This document shows, piece after piece, positions 40,385-48,952 of a stretch of 64,000 nt of DNA. A program made the position numbers and the translations under genes. Numbering within the stretch: the first letter of the stretch is position 1; every line of letters starts with the position of its first letter. The notes beneath the pieces are model-generated. The model worked only from the letters and a program-made list of their open reading frames with translations, was not told the DNA's origin and made no database searches. Location: sequence record MN850566.1. The stretch is one strand, 5' to 3'. This DNA is from Escherichia phage garuso.

Positions 40385-40547
40385 GAGTGATAAGTACACT
40401 CAAGAAGAATCACGGTATATCATCAAAGGCAACACAGGCAGTGATGTAGCAGCAGCCCTTGAGTTCTATCGTGACGGCTTTTACCAGTGCACAATCAAAG
40501 CTAACAACCTTATTGACATGATTTTATTAGGGAATAAGCAGCAATGA
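40278..40547 (+). CDS. putative o-spanin-like lipoprotein
   Basis: Lipobox LITMSGC; embedded/overlapping arrangement typical of Rz/Rz1. Confidence 0.35.
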   Translation: MKKLSQSFIMFVLLITMSGCSTNKVSSTFKNSQVSESDKYTQEESRYIIKGNTGSDVAAALEFYRDGFYQCTIKANNLIDMILLGNKQQ

Positions 40548-40813
40548 CAGAGAATGAAGATACTTTCTATGTAGAAGGTTACTTACTGTTACCACGACCA
40601 AAAGAAACTTATATGCGAATTGACTTCATACCAACCATTATGGATAATGTGATGTGTCATATCTTTATGCAAGGTGTCACAGCACAGCTTAAGCATGTCG
40701 GTAAAGACTGCAAAATAAAGGTTGACACTCATCCAGAAATCAAAGAGAATCACTACACATGGTTCTTACCAGACTCTAAAGAAATCTTAGCAGTTCTCAA
40801 AACGAGGAAGTAA
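40544..40813 (+). CDS. hypothetical protein
   Basis: 89 aa ORF. Confidence 0.45.
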   Translation: MTENEDTFYVEGYLLLPRPKETYMRIDFIPTIMDNVMCHIFMQGVTAQLKHVGKDCKIKVDTHPEIKENHYTWFLPDSKEILAVLKTRK

Positions 40814-40815
40814 CT

Positions 40816-41142
40816 ATGCAGATTAATGGAAGAGACTTTGTAGCCGTTTACTACGAGAAAGGTAAAGAGGTTGGTGTAGCACAAGTAACTTATGGCAATG
40901 GTAAGTGGCTGTATGGAACAATCGCAGTAGTAGGAACAAGAAGTGATACAAAAACTTTTAAAGATTGTGTTGACCTTCTTGAAGAATCCATCCACAATCA
41001 TTGGTGTCTGATATGGATGACTGACAATGAAGTGATGGAACGTTTCAAAAAGATTGATATCAACATAGACAGCATTGAGCATGTTGACTTGTATGAACTG
41101 ACTGAGAAGGTAAATTATGAAAGTAATTCTAGCCAGAGATAA
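40816..41142 (+). CDS. hypothetical protein
   Basis: 108 aa ORF. Confidence 0.45.
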   Translation: MQINGRDFVAVYYEKGKEVGVAQVTYGNGKWLYGTIAVVGTRSDTKTFKDCVDLLEESIHNHWCLIWMTDNEVMERFKKIDINIDSIEHVDLYELTEKVNYESNSSQR

Positions 41143-41344
41143 AAAGACACGGAAAATTATCCGGTCAGCAGTATTTATTGGAAGAAATGAAGTGATTCCT
41201 TTTACAGCAAATGATGTGATAGTCTACAGGAAAAAATTAGCATTCAGTTATTGCTTACGTGGCTTTATCTCCCAGCCATTAGAAGATTTTAAAAATCGTT
41301 GTGGTAAAGGCATCATCATTCAAGAGGCAATTATTCATGGCTGA
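41117..41344 (+). CDS. hypothetical protein
   Basis: 75 aa ORF. Confidence 0.4.
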   Translation: MKVILARDKKTRKIIRSAVFIGRNEVIPFTANDVIVYRKKLAFSYCLRGFISQPLEDFKNRCGKGIIIQEAIIHG

Positions 41345-41537
41345 CTTCTGCAAAGACTGTGCTATCGAGATGTTTGGACGTGATACAGGTGATTTAAAAG
41401 GTCTTATCACTGAAGATGACTTTAAAGCTGGCTATGCAATGCCAGTAATCTGTGAAGGTTGTGGGTGCATCTGGGTAGACCATGAGGGGCAACGTGTAAA
41501 ACCTTCAGAAGATAAAGAATCTTGGGAGAGATGTTAA
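41337..41537 (+). CDS. hypothetical Cys-rich protein
   Basis: CKDC...CEGCGC; start at internal Met of ORF 41301-41537. Confidence 0.4.
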   Translation: MADFCKDCAIEMFGRDTGDLKGLITEDDFKAGYAMPVICEGCGCIWVDHEGQRVKPSEDKESWERC

Positions 41538-42323
41538 ATGGGTATTGTAAAAATCATCAATGGTGATATCTTTGCTGCATTTGATAAAGGTAAGTTTGAC
41601 ATCATTGGTCATGGTTGTAACTGTATGAACCTAATGGGTGCAGGTATCGCTGATAAGATTTCTAAACTTTACCCAAAAGCATATGAGACCGATACAGAAG
41701 TTTATCTATATGCAGGCGGTATAGGCCACAAACCCTGTGAAAATTTACTAGGTAACTTCTCTGTAGCACGTTTAAAACAAGGCCGTATAGCTAACCTTTA
41801 CACTCAGCTTAAGACTGGTAAAGATGCCCGATACAGTGCTTTAGAGTCATCTTTGAAACAGCTTAACAGATACTGTGAAGTCAATCAGTTGAAGAAAGTC
41901 GGGTTACCTATGATTGGTGCAGGTATCGGTGGGCTAGACGCTCAAGCCGTCACAGTTATCATTAATCAGGTGATGAAGAGTGTAGATGTGTATCTGTATG
42001 TCTATGAAGGAGAGATGTACCACAAGTTACGCTCAGGTTGGAAGAACTACTGTGAACCAGAATACTTTGCAGGTGTAGTAACGTTCACAGACAATACAGT
42101 TACCCTCTTCAGACGAAGAAAAGGTAAGATACATCAAAGTAACCCTCCGGTTGAAAAGATGTCTCTAAGTAACGCTCTAGTTACCCACCTGTCGAAGAGC
42201 AATCACAGGATTGCAGTAACATTTGGTAGTGATGCAGACACTTATATCTATGCAAGAACTGATGAGGGTATCGAGACAGTTTTCTCTTCGCCAGAAGTTA
42301 CCTTCTTAGACGCAAAGAACTAA
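41538..42323 (+). CDS. macro-domain protein (putative ADP-ribose binding/hydrolase)
   Basis: N-terminal IVKIINGDIFAAFDKGKFDIIGHGCNCMNLMGAGIADKI and PMIGAGIGGLD fit macro-domain glycine-rich motifs. Confidence 0.55.
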   Translation: MGIVKIINGDIFAAFDKGKFDIIGHGCNCMNLMGAGIADKISKLYPKAYETDTEVYLYAGGIGHKPCENLLGNFSVARLKQGRIANLYTQLKTGKDARYSALESSLKQLNRYCEVNQLKKVGLPMIGAGIGGLDAQAVTVIINQVMKSVDVYLYVYEGEMYHKLRSGWKNYCEPEYFAGVVTFTDNTVTLFRRRKGKIHQSNPPVEKMSLSNALVTHLSKSNHRIAVTFGSDADTYIYARTDEGIETVFSSPEVTFLDAKN

Positions 42324-42389
42324 GAAACTCTGTAGAGTATTCACAATAAACTAAGCCTTTCTTATCTGGTAAATTTTTCAGGTAAGGAG

Positions 42390-42600
42390 GGCTTTTTCAT
42401 TTCAGAATTGTGCAGGTATATTTCTATAGAGAAATCTGTAGAGGAAATTTTGAACTCCAAAGAGAAAATTCATTTTCAAACTGTGCAGGTAATCTCCAAA
42501 GGGTTTTTTCATTTTCAAAACGTGCAGAGAAAAATCAGGTCGGGCAAGAAAAATCATTTTAGAATTGTGCAGGTAGGTGGGTGCAGGTGGGGATGTCGCC
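42390..42600 (+). repeat. array of four or five direct repeats TTTCATTTTCA(A/G)AA(C/T)TGTGCAGGTA (iteron-like)
   Basis: Copies near 42395, 42466, 42504, 42553 (last followed by GGTGGGTGCAGGTGG) in a 490 bp ORF-free region. Confidence 0.55.
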
Positions 42601-42752
42601 ATTTCTCACAAGGCTACCACATCTGGAAATAAAAGTCAACAGAAAAATTTGTAGCGGATTGAAAAATAATTCTTGATTGTAGTTCTGTTTTGTGGTAGTC
42701 GCGCGCACCCGTTTCATTACAATCTTTGCAAAAAATATTTTTAAAATTCCTA

Positions 42753-42781
42753 TTGACTCTTTGAGTATGGTTATCTAATAT
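42753..42781 (+). promoter_or_regulatory. sigma70-like promoter TTGACT-17-TAATAT
   Basis: Consensus-like -35/-10 upstream of first cassette gene. Confidence 0.5.
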
Positions 42782-42831
42782 TTGCATCAGACGGGCAATC
42801 AAGCCCACTTCCTAAACTGGAGATTCAAAAA

Positions 42832-43020
42832 ATGGCATCAAGAAAGATTAAAGTTGGCGATGAGATTAACATCAAGCACGAACACTCTTACAAAATGCTA
42901 ACTATACGCTCTTATAAGGTTTATCAGGTGGAAGCTATCCACAAAGATAACACTTTTTCCTTAAAAGGTTATAGCGAACGTTTCCCTGCTGAACTCTTTG
43001 AGAAATGGAGCGCGAAATAA
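42832..43020 (+). CDS. small early protein (cassette gene 1)
   Basis: Preceded by conserved CCTAAACTGGAGATTCAAAAAATG leader. Confidence 0.5.
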   Translation: MASRKIKVGDEINIKHEHSYKMLTIRSYKVYQVEAIHKDNTFSLKGYSERFPAELFEKWSAK

Positions 43021-43226
43021 TGCTTTACAGTCGTAAATTGATGGTTACAACTAACGTTAACACAAAGGTAAAACGTTTTTACATGCAAATTTGTGGCGTA
43101 TGGTCTAGAATATCAGAGGCTGACTATTGCAACTATGTAGAAACAGCTATAAACTCTAATTGCTACCTTACAAGAAATACTAAGAATTTTACAAGGCAAA
43201 CAGTGATTTACTATTACGATAAATAA
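43020..43226 (+). CDS. small early protein (cassette gene 2)
   Basis: ORF track 43005-43226; ATG 43020 has GGAG upstream. Confidence 0.4.
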   Translation: MLYSRKLMVTTNVNTKVKRFYMQICGVWSRISEADYCNYVETAINSNCYLTRNTKNFTRQTVIYYYDK

Positions 43227-43228
43227 AA

Positions 43229-43313
43229 AGTACTTTACATGGGGCTTAAAAGTCTGTAGAGTAAGCCCCAGATAAAGAGCTTTACCAACAACCTTAAACT
43301 AGGAGATTCAAAA
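43229..43313 (+). repeat. promoter/stem-loop cassette type A, copy 1
   Basis: TTTACA-17-TAGAGT around hairpin GGGGCTTA/TAAGCCCC, then AGATAAAGAGCTTTACC...TAAACTAGGAGATTCAAAAATG. Confidence 0.6.
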
Positions 43314-43697
43314 ATGGCTTATCGTGCACCGAAATTCATCAACAAAGACAACTTTCGCAAAGTACTGGAGAAGTCACTTGATGAGAATTTTAAAGGCAAC
43401 ATTATTGTTGTTCACTCGTTTAATTTCAAGTATGATATCAACGGGAATAAAATCAACCATTACACGGCGACAATGCTAGATGGTACTCTTTCAAGTGAAA
43501 AAGCCATTTTACATGCACTTGCTGGACGTGGTAAAAACCTGATAAAATGCGATAAGAGACGTTATCAGGGTGGCGCATATGGTTATGATGATGCTGTTTA
43601 TCATCTTGAAAATATGGGCTATAAAGTAGAAAAAGCTGGGGTATCGCAAATCATCGGGAGCGATGGTTATGTAACAATCTTCAAAATTAACGAATAA
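43314..43697 (+). CDS. small early protein (cassette gene 3)
   Basis: 127 aa ORF directly after cassette A1. Confidence 0.5.
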   Translation: MAYRAPKFINKDNFRKVLEKSLDENFKGNIIVVHSFNFKYDINGNKINHYTATMLDGTLSSEKAILHALAGRGKNLIKCDKRRYQGGAYGYDDAVYHLENMGYKVEKAGVSQIIGSDGYVTIFKINE

Positions 43698-43698
43698 A

Positions 43699-43783
43699 GT
43701 ACTTTACAAGGGGCTTATAGTTCGATAAAGTAAGCCCCAGATAAAGAGCTTTACCACTAAATCCTAAATTGGAGAACTTAAAA
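43699..43783 (+). repeat. promoter/stem-loop cassette type A, copy 2
   Basis: TTTACA-17-TAAAGT with hairpin GGGGCTTA/TAAGCCCC; conserved leader. Confidence 0.6.
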
Positions 43784-44041
43784 ATGGCTATTATCAAAAA
43801 CGTTGTAATTACCGCAAAGACTCGTGATGACGCTCGTATCATGGCTAAAAAGTTATGCGGAAAAGTGGTTGACAACGGAAAACAATCTGCTGTAAGGTGG
43901 GGCGTGAAGGTTGATAAACAGTTAACTTTAAAACGCAGTTCAAACAACCTTTTTAAAGGTGTAAAAACACTCGGTAAAGTGAACGTGTTCACTAAACAAG
44001 GTTACAAAATGCACTTATCTTTAACTGGCAATTTAATCTGA
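43784..44041 (+). CDS. small early protein (cassette gene 4)
   Basis: ATG 43784 after conserved SD GGAGA (ORF track 43769 starts at TTG). Confidence 0.5.
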   Translation: MAIIKNVVITAKTRDDARIMAKKLCGKVVDNGKQSAVRWGVKVDKQLTLKRSSNNLFKGVKTLGKVNVFTKQGYKMHLSLTGNLI

Positions 44042-44045
44042 TAAA

Positions 44046-44129
44046 GTACTTTACATGGGGTTTAAAAGTTGATATCTTAAGCCCCAGATAAAGAGCTTTA
44101 CCACTAAATCCTAAACTGGAGATTCAAAA
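44046..44129 (+). repeat. promoter/stem-loop cassette type A, copy 3
   Basis: TTTACA-17-TATCTT, hairpin GGGGTTTA/TTAAGCCCC, conserved leader. Confidence 0.6.
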
Positions 44130-44642
44130 ATGAAAACTGTAGACGCTACTTTTGAAGTTGTAAAAGAAAAATTCACCATTATCTATGAAGCGGTAAATTG
44201 CTACGAAGCAAGCCATAACCTTGATAATTGGAAGTTTACAGATGACCATCAAGGCGGCGTGACTGTTAAAAATCCTAACTATCAGCATAATGCATTTAAA
44301 TATGCAATCCCTTTGCATTACAGCCTTAAACAGCTTTCAAGTGACTATGCAAAACAAGGCCGGGAAAATCCATCAAAAGAGGCTTACATCAGCTTACAAA
44401 AAGAACTAGAAAGAGATTTAGAAGCTTCAGAGTATAACATTGCCGCGAAAGTTGTAGATGCAAACGGTAAAACGGTTTTAGACAGCTTTTATATTGGTTA
44501 CGCTTTCGATTGGTGCTATAGTGACGGTGAGGATTTAGAAGATAGACTAAAAGAAGAGGTGAACAATTCAGACGCAGAAACTGAAGTATTAGAACGTTTG
44601 GAATCGTTGAAAGACTCAGTGATGAATATCTTTAAGAACTAA
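44130..44642 (+). CDS. small early protein (cassette gene 5)
   Basis: 170 aa ORF after cassette A3. Confidence 0.5.
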   Translation: MKTVDATFEVVKEKFTIIYEAVNCYEASHNLDNWKFTDDHQGGVTVKNPNYQHNAFKYAIPLHYSLKQLSSDYAKQGRENPSKEAYISLQKELERDLEASEYNIAAKVVDANGKTVLDSFYIGYAFDWCYSDGEDLEDRLKEEVNNSDAETEVLERLESLKDSVMNIFKN

Positions 44643-44648
44643 ATAGAT

Positions 44649-44734
44649 TTCTTTACACGGGGTTATCAAGCTGGTAAGATAGCCCCAGATAAAGAGATTT
44701 ATCAAATAAAGCCCTTAAACTAGGAGATTCTAAA
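44649..44734 (+). repeat. promoter/stem-loop cassette type A, copy 4 (divergent)
   Basis: TTTACA-17-TAAGAT, hairpin GGGGTTAT/ATAGCCCC (compensatory change vs other copies). Confidence 0.55.
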
Positions 44735-45031
44735 ATGAAATTATCAAATCAAGTGCGTGAAAATCTGAGCAAATTACTCAACAAAATTGATTTTATCGAG
44801 ACATCAAGAAATAATCATGATGTTATGGAATGGTTGCACGGCAAAATAAAAGGCCGTCGCGTAGTGATTTGCTTATGGAATAGTTGCAGGGAGTATAAAA
44901 AACCTGTATTGCAAGTAAATATTTATGATGATACTTTTAAAAGTCCAGTAAAGTCTAAAAGTGACTTATTAGAATCTTATGAGATAACTGTAAGTGGCAA
45001 AGTATCACGTAAAGAGGAAACACCATGTTAA
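44735..45031 (+). CDS. small early protein (cassette gene 6)
   Basis: 98 aa ORF. Confidence 0.5.
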   Translation: MKLSNQVRENLSKLLNKIDFIETSRNNHDVMEWLHGKIKGRRVVICLWNSCREYKKPVLQVNIYDDTFKSPVKSKSDLLESYEITVSGKVSRKEETPC

Positions 45032-45357
45032 TGACTGGTATCACTGCAATCATTGCCATTTTCGCGCTATATAAGGCATATAAAGCCTATAATCTAGCAA
45101 ATAAGGCAATCACGCAACAGGTTAGCAATAACCTTGTAGAAAGCTTTCTAGGACGTCTCAGTGATGAGCAAATAAAGCGGCTAGAGATGAGCTTCAGATA
45201 TAAAGCCAAAACCTATCAGATAAGTGACATCTTCAAAGATGATTTTCAGTTAGTTGATGATTATAATTCTCTGATAAATGCTTTAAACATCAGTGACTTG
45301 AAAGACTATCATGCTGTAATTGTTCAAGAGTTGAGCAAACGAAAACAAAATTCTTGA
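45025..45357 (+). CDS. small early membrane protein (cassette gene 7)
   Basis: 110 aa, N-terminal hydrophobic segment; start overlaps previous stop. Confidence 0.45.
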   Translation: MLMTGITAIIAIFALYKAYKAYNLANKAITQQVSNNLVESFLGRLSDEQIKRLEMSFRYKAKTYQISDIFKDDFQLVDDYNSLINALNISDLKDYHAVIVQELSKRKQNS

Positions 45358-45445
45358 CACTGGTTTTTAGATAGATTAAATTACACATCAACGGGGAGGG
45401 AATGACCTTCCCCACTAAATAAAGTCCTAAACTGGAGATTCTAAA
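45354..45445 (+). repeat. promoter/stem-loop cassette type B, copy 1
   Basis: TTGACA-17-TAAATT, then hairpin GGGGAGGG-AATGA-CCTTCCCC, then ACTAAATAAAGTCCTAAACTGGAGATTCTAAAATG. Confidence 0.6.
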
Positions 45446-45718
45446 ATGTATACTACTAACAACGGTCGCACTTTAAATGTCACACTACGTCACTATGTAG
45501 ATGGTGTCATGCACTTTGAAGACTTACAAGCTGAACAACATATCTTAGATTGGCAAGTCGCAGGACTCCAAAAAACTGCTACCGGATACGGTAAAAAGAT
45601 TCCAACCAGTTGGAAAGTACACTATGAAGGCCGTTTGCGCAGAATTTATCAGGATGTGCAAAGCAATAGTGCATCGAGTTACATTATAGTAAAAGGTAAA
45701 AAACTGCATTTAGTGTAA
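45446..45718 (+). CDS. small early protein (cassette gene 8)
   Basis: 90 aa ORF. Confidence 0.5.
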   Translation: MYTTNNGRTLNVTLRHYVDGVMHFEDLQAEQHILDWQVAGLQKTATGYGKKIPTSWKVHYEGRLRRIYQDVQSNSASSYIIVKGKKLHLV

Positions 45719-45719
45719 A

Positions 45720-45803
45720 GTACTTTACAGGGGGCTTATAGTTCGATAAAGTAAGCCCCAGATAAAGAGCTTTACCACTCAATCCTAAATTGGAGATTCT
45801 AAA
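45720..45803 (+). repeat. promoter/stem-loop cassette type A, copy 5
   Basis: Near-identical to copy 2. Confidence 0.6.
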
Positions 45804-46208
45804 ATGGCTATTAATAACCGTGAATTATCAATCTTAAAAGCACGCTTGACCGTTAATCGAATCAATATCATGACGTCATCAGCGCCTGATGAAACATTGC
45901 ACAACATTATCGGAAAGATTCAAAGCGTTATCTTAGACGTTGAAAACGTAAAAAGTTCATTGGCTGACGTTGCAGCAGGTATCACGCTAGACGGTGCGCA
46001 ATATGAAATGGCTGACATGTTAGGCAAATCGAAGGTAATGAATAAAGAGCTTGATTTAAAAATGTTTCGATTTGCCGTGAAAGTATGGTTATCTGTCGAG
46101 TATGACGCTAATTTTGCAATCGCTGATTTCTTTGCCACTTGGTTACAACGTAATTTGACAAATCATGATTTTCGTGATGTCTGTGATGCAATTTATGCAG
46201 AACTCTAA
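45804..46208 (+). CDS. small early protein (cassette gene 9)
   Basis: 134 aa ORF. Confidence 0.5.
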   Translation: MAINNRELSILKARLTVNRINIMTSSAPDETLHNIIGKIQSVILDVENVKSSLADVAAGITLDGAQYEMADMLGKSKVMNKELDLKMFRFAVKVWLSVEYDANFAIADFFATWLQRNLTNHDFRDVCDAIYAEL

Positions 46209-46216
46209 AAATTTTG

Positions 46217-46309
46217 TTGACACTGGTTTTTAGATAGATTAAATTACACATCAACGGGGAGGGAATGACCTTCCCCACTAAATAAAGTCCTAAACTGGAG
46301 ATTCTAAAA
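46217..46309 (+). repeat. promoter/stem-loop cassette type B, copy 2
   Basis: Near-identical to 45354-45445 over about 90 nt. Confidence 0.6.
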
Positions 46310-46513
46310 ATGGCTATTATTAACGGCTTAACCATTGAAACTACACACATCAAAGATATTAAAGTTGGTGATATAGTCCTTTCCCACGGCGTAGAAAAAA
46401 CTGTCACTGCAAAGGATATCAAAGAGGATTCTTTCATGGGTAGGACTCTCTTCGGTGATTCTTATTGCTTAGGTTATCTTGCAGTTTTAAAAGTTGTCAA
46501 AAATAACAAATAA
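46310..46513 (+). CDS. small early protein (cassette gene 10)
   Basis: 67 aa ORF. Confidence 0.45.
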   Translation: MAIINGLTIETTHIKDIKVGDIVLSHGVEKTVTAKDIKEDSFMGRTLFGDSYCLGYLAVLKVVKNNK

Positions 46514-46514
46514 A

Positions 46515-46599
46515 GTACTTTACAGGGGGCTTGGAAGTTGATATCTTAAGCCCCAGATAAAGAGCTTTACCACTAAATCCTAAACTGGAGATTCAAAAA
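46515..46599 (+). repeat. promoter/stem-loop cassette type A, copy 6
   Basis: TTTACA-17-TATCTT with hairpin GGGGCTT.../...AAGCCCC. Confidence 0.6.
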
Positions 46600-47142
46600 A
46601 TGAAATGCTTTCACGGTACTACTCAAGAAAACTTTATCAACCTGATTAATAATGGTGATAAGCCATCAGGTGCATGGAATTGTTCGGATATGGATGGCAA
46701 TTTTTACGTATACCCAGAAAATAAAATCTATGGTGACGATGAGGAAGAGATAGTATCCGAAGGTATTCAACAGGCGTTAGGAAATGCCACTATCACGGCA
46801 GCTTTCCAGATGAAAACCCAAAACATTGTTATCTTGGAACTTGATATTCCAGAGGACGAATTAAATGATGATTATTCTTGTGATAATATGTCTGGCGTAG
46901 CAAGTTTTACAGAATACTTCGATTTAAATTGGATTAAAAAGGTTTACGTAACCGAGTTTAATGCGATGTTTTCGCCTTTTTGTCTTCCTTCATTGGATAA
47001 CCCAAATTTAAACTATCTTGATGAGTCTCTGGAGCTTCTTGCTAAAAGCGTTCAACAGTCGGACAGTATTCAGGTTTTTTGTGACATCATGGATACACTG
47101 GCAGGAAACATCGCAGAAGAGGATTTAAAGAGCTTTTTTTAA
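46600..47142 (+). CDS. small early protein (cassette gene 11)
   Basis: 180 aa acidic ORF. Confidence 0.5.
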   Translation: MKCFHGTTQENFINLINNGDKPSGAWNCSDMDGNFYVYPENKIYGDDEEEIVSEGIQQALGNATITAAFQMKTQNIVILELDIPEDELNDDYSCDNMSGVASFTEYFDLNWIKKVYVTEFNAMFSPFCLPSLDNPNLNYLDESLELLAKSVQQSDSIQVFCDIMDTLAGNIAEEDLKSFF

Positions 47143-47173
47143 AAACCTATGCAATCACCTTATAAACACTAAT

Positions 47174-47196
47174 CAGCCCCTTGTAGGGGCTTTTAG
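47174..47196 (+). terminator. rho-independent terminator
   Basis: CAGCCCC-TTGTA-GGGGCT followed by TTTT. Confidence 0.5.
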
Positions 47197-47208
47197 GGGG
47201 CTTAAATC

Positions 47209-47442
47209 ATGCTTACAACCGTTTACCTCATCCTTTCCATCTGTAATGGTCATTCATGCGATTTTAAAGGGCTTGAAGAGTTTACAGGAAGTAAAGAAAA
47301 TGCTATTCAAGTTTGCCAGATAGCACGGCAAGACTATCCCGCAAGTGATGATATACAATGCTACTTTAAGACAGAAGATAAAGACGGCATCTATTTTGAC
47401 AGCGTTGACGGTCAATATGAAATTATCATTGAAAAAGACTAG
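47209..47442 (+). CDS. small early protein (cassette gene 12)
   Basis: 77 aa ORF. Confidence 0.45.
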   Translation: MLTTVYLILSICNGHSCDFKGLEEFTGSKENAIQVCQIARQDYPASDDIQCYFKTEDKDGIYFDSVDGQYEIIIEKD

Positions 47443-47457
47443 ACAAGCCTGATAAAA

Positions 47458-47532
47458 GTCTGTAAATTGTCAATCAACGGGGAGGGAATGACCTTCCCCA
47501 CTAAATGAAGTCCTAAACTGGAGATTCTAAAA
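47458..47532 (+). repeat. promoter/stem-loop cassette type B, copy 3
   Basis: GTCTGTAAATTGTCAATCAACGGGGAGGGAATGACCTTCCCCACTAAAT... conserved leader. Confidence 0.55.
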
Positions 47533-47874
47533 ATGGCTTATGTAACCGTAATTACCGATAAAGCTGGCGCATCTTGGTCAACTCAGGTTAGTGATAAGAT
47601 GTCGCCTATGCAGTGCCTAAAATACTTTGAACAGTGGAACAAAGGCGAGGACACAAGCCCCTTTCACGTAATGCAGATTATTCATGTAGACAATGAAGGG
47701 AAGAAAACAACTCTGAATAGTGAGTACTACGCAAGCCGTTTTGAAACGAGAAGTAAAGCAATGAAGCTCTTACGTGAGGCCGGATATGGTCACATTGCCG
47801 CGATAATCTGGGATGACCTTCTAAAAAGTCAACGTATCAGCTATGTAAAGCCTGAAAAAATATTCATCAGTTAA
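47533..47874 (+). CDS. small early protein (cassette gene 13)
   Basis: 113 aa ORF. Confidence 0.5.
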   Translation: MAYVTVITDKAGASWSTQVSDKMSPMQCLKYFEQWNKGEDTSPFHVMQIIHVDNEGKKTTLNSEYYASRFETRSKAMKLLREAGYGHIAAIIWDDLLKSQRISYVKPEKIFIS

Positions 47875-48035
47875 TCAATAACTTACAAAAAACTTTTAAA
47901 AAAGTGTTGACAATACCCCTTGACATTGGTAACTTTGTTCGAGGGGGTTTATCTAAAAGGGATTCACTTAAAAGATTCTTTATAGATAAGCTTAAAAATT
48001 GCTTGCAATCAGCTATCAAAACAAGTAAATTACTA

Positions 48036-48093
48036 ATCAACGGGAGGGATGACCTTCCCCACTAAATAAAATCCTTAAACTAGGAGAGTCAAA
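48036..48093 (+). repeat. promoter/stem-loop cassette type B, copy 4 (degenerate)
   Basis: TCAACGGGAGGGATGACCTTCCCCACTAAATAAAATCC...GGAGAGTCAAAATG. Confidence 0.5.
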
Positions 48094-48624
48094 ATGAACA
48101 AGTTTAAAGCTATCAACTTCATTCGTTCAAATGCTGTAATGTCAAAACCTGTAAAAGACACATACGAATTTCGCTGCAATGGGGTACACTTTGCAACCAT
48201 CACTAAGTCAGAAAACGGGGCTTATTACATTCATCGCCGTAATGTTTCTACTGTTGTAGTCTCTCACTTTATGCAAGCTGTAGCGGAATTATTACCGTTA
48301 TTCTTAGAGATTTACTTAGATGAGTGCAAAAACGTTCGTAACCACGTTAAAAACCTTTTAAACGGTTATAAAATGGCTTATGAACGTTCTATCAAGTCCT
48401 TAAACAAGTTTTATAAAGCCCCTGTAAATACTGTTTCAATGGCTTACAGTGTAAGCGGTGAGTTGGTTAGTCTCTTCGAAGTGGAAGAAATCGAACTATA
48501 TAACTCACGTCCTAGCGGTTACTCTAAGACACTAGGAGAGGGCTTATCTTTCAATATCAAGAACTTAGAAAAAACTTTAAAAGATATTGAAAAAGATATT
48601 GACGAGACAATCAAAAGTCTGTAA
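48094..48624 (+). CDS. small early protein (cassette gene 14)
   Basis: 176 aa ORF. Confidence 0.5.
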   Translation: MNKFKAINFIRSNAVMSKPVKDTYEFRCNGVHFATITKSENGAYYIHRRNVSTVVVSHFMQAVAELLPLFLEIYLDECKNVRNHVKNLLNGYKMAYERSIKSLNKFYKAPVNTVSMAYSVSGELVSLFEVEEIELYNSRPSGYSKTLGEGLSFNIKNLEKTLKDIEKDIDETIKSL

Positions 48625-48703
48625 ATTGTCAATCAACGGGGAGGGAATGACCTTCCCCACTAAATAAAACCCTTAATCAACTTCCTAAACTGGAGATTCT
48701 AAA
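48617..48703 (+). repeat. promoter/stem-loop cassette type B, copy 5
   Basis: Same GTCTGTAAATTGTCAATCAACGGGGAGGGAATGACCTTCCCC block as copy 3. Confidence 0.55.
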
Positions 48704-48952
48704 ATGGCTACTATCCGCGCAACTGTTAACGAATTCGGCTTCTACTCTCTGGACGTTAAATTTGACCTTGTAGGTACTGATAACACCTTTGAAATGGTGA
48801 AAGGCCTTATCAGCCAGACCATCAGTGACTACAACCCCTCTGATGAATTCTGGAAAGAAACAAAACAGGAAGTTCTCAAAGAGGGTTATACATACCACTA
48901 CTGGGGTGAAAAAATTGTCTCCCTGTACTACGACAAAAAAGGCACTAACTAA
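48704..48952 (+). CDS. small early protein (cassette gene 15)
   Basis: 82 aa ORF; last gene of plus block. Confidence 0.5.
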   Translation: MATIRATVNEFGFYSLDVKFDLVGTDNTFEMVKGLISQTISDYNPSDEFWKETKQEVLKEGYTYHYWGEKIVSLYYDKKGTN

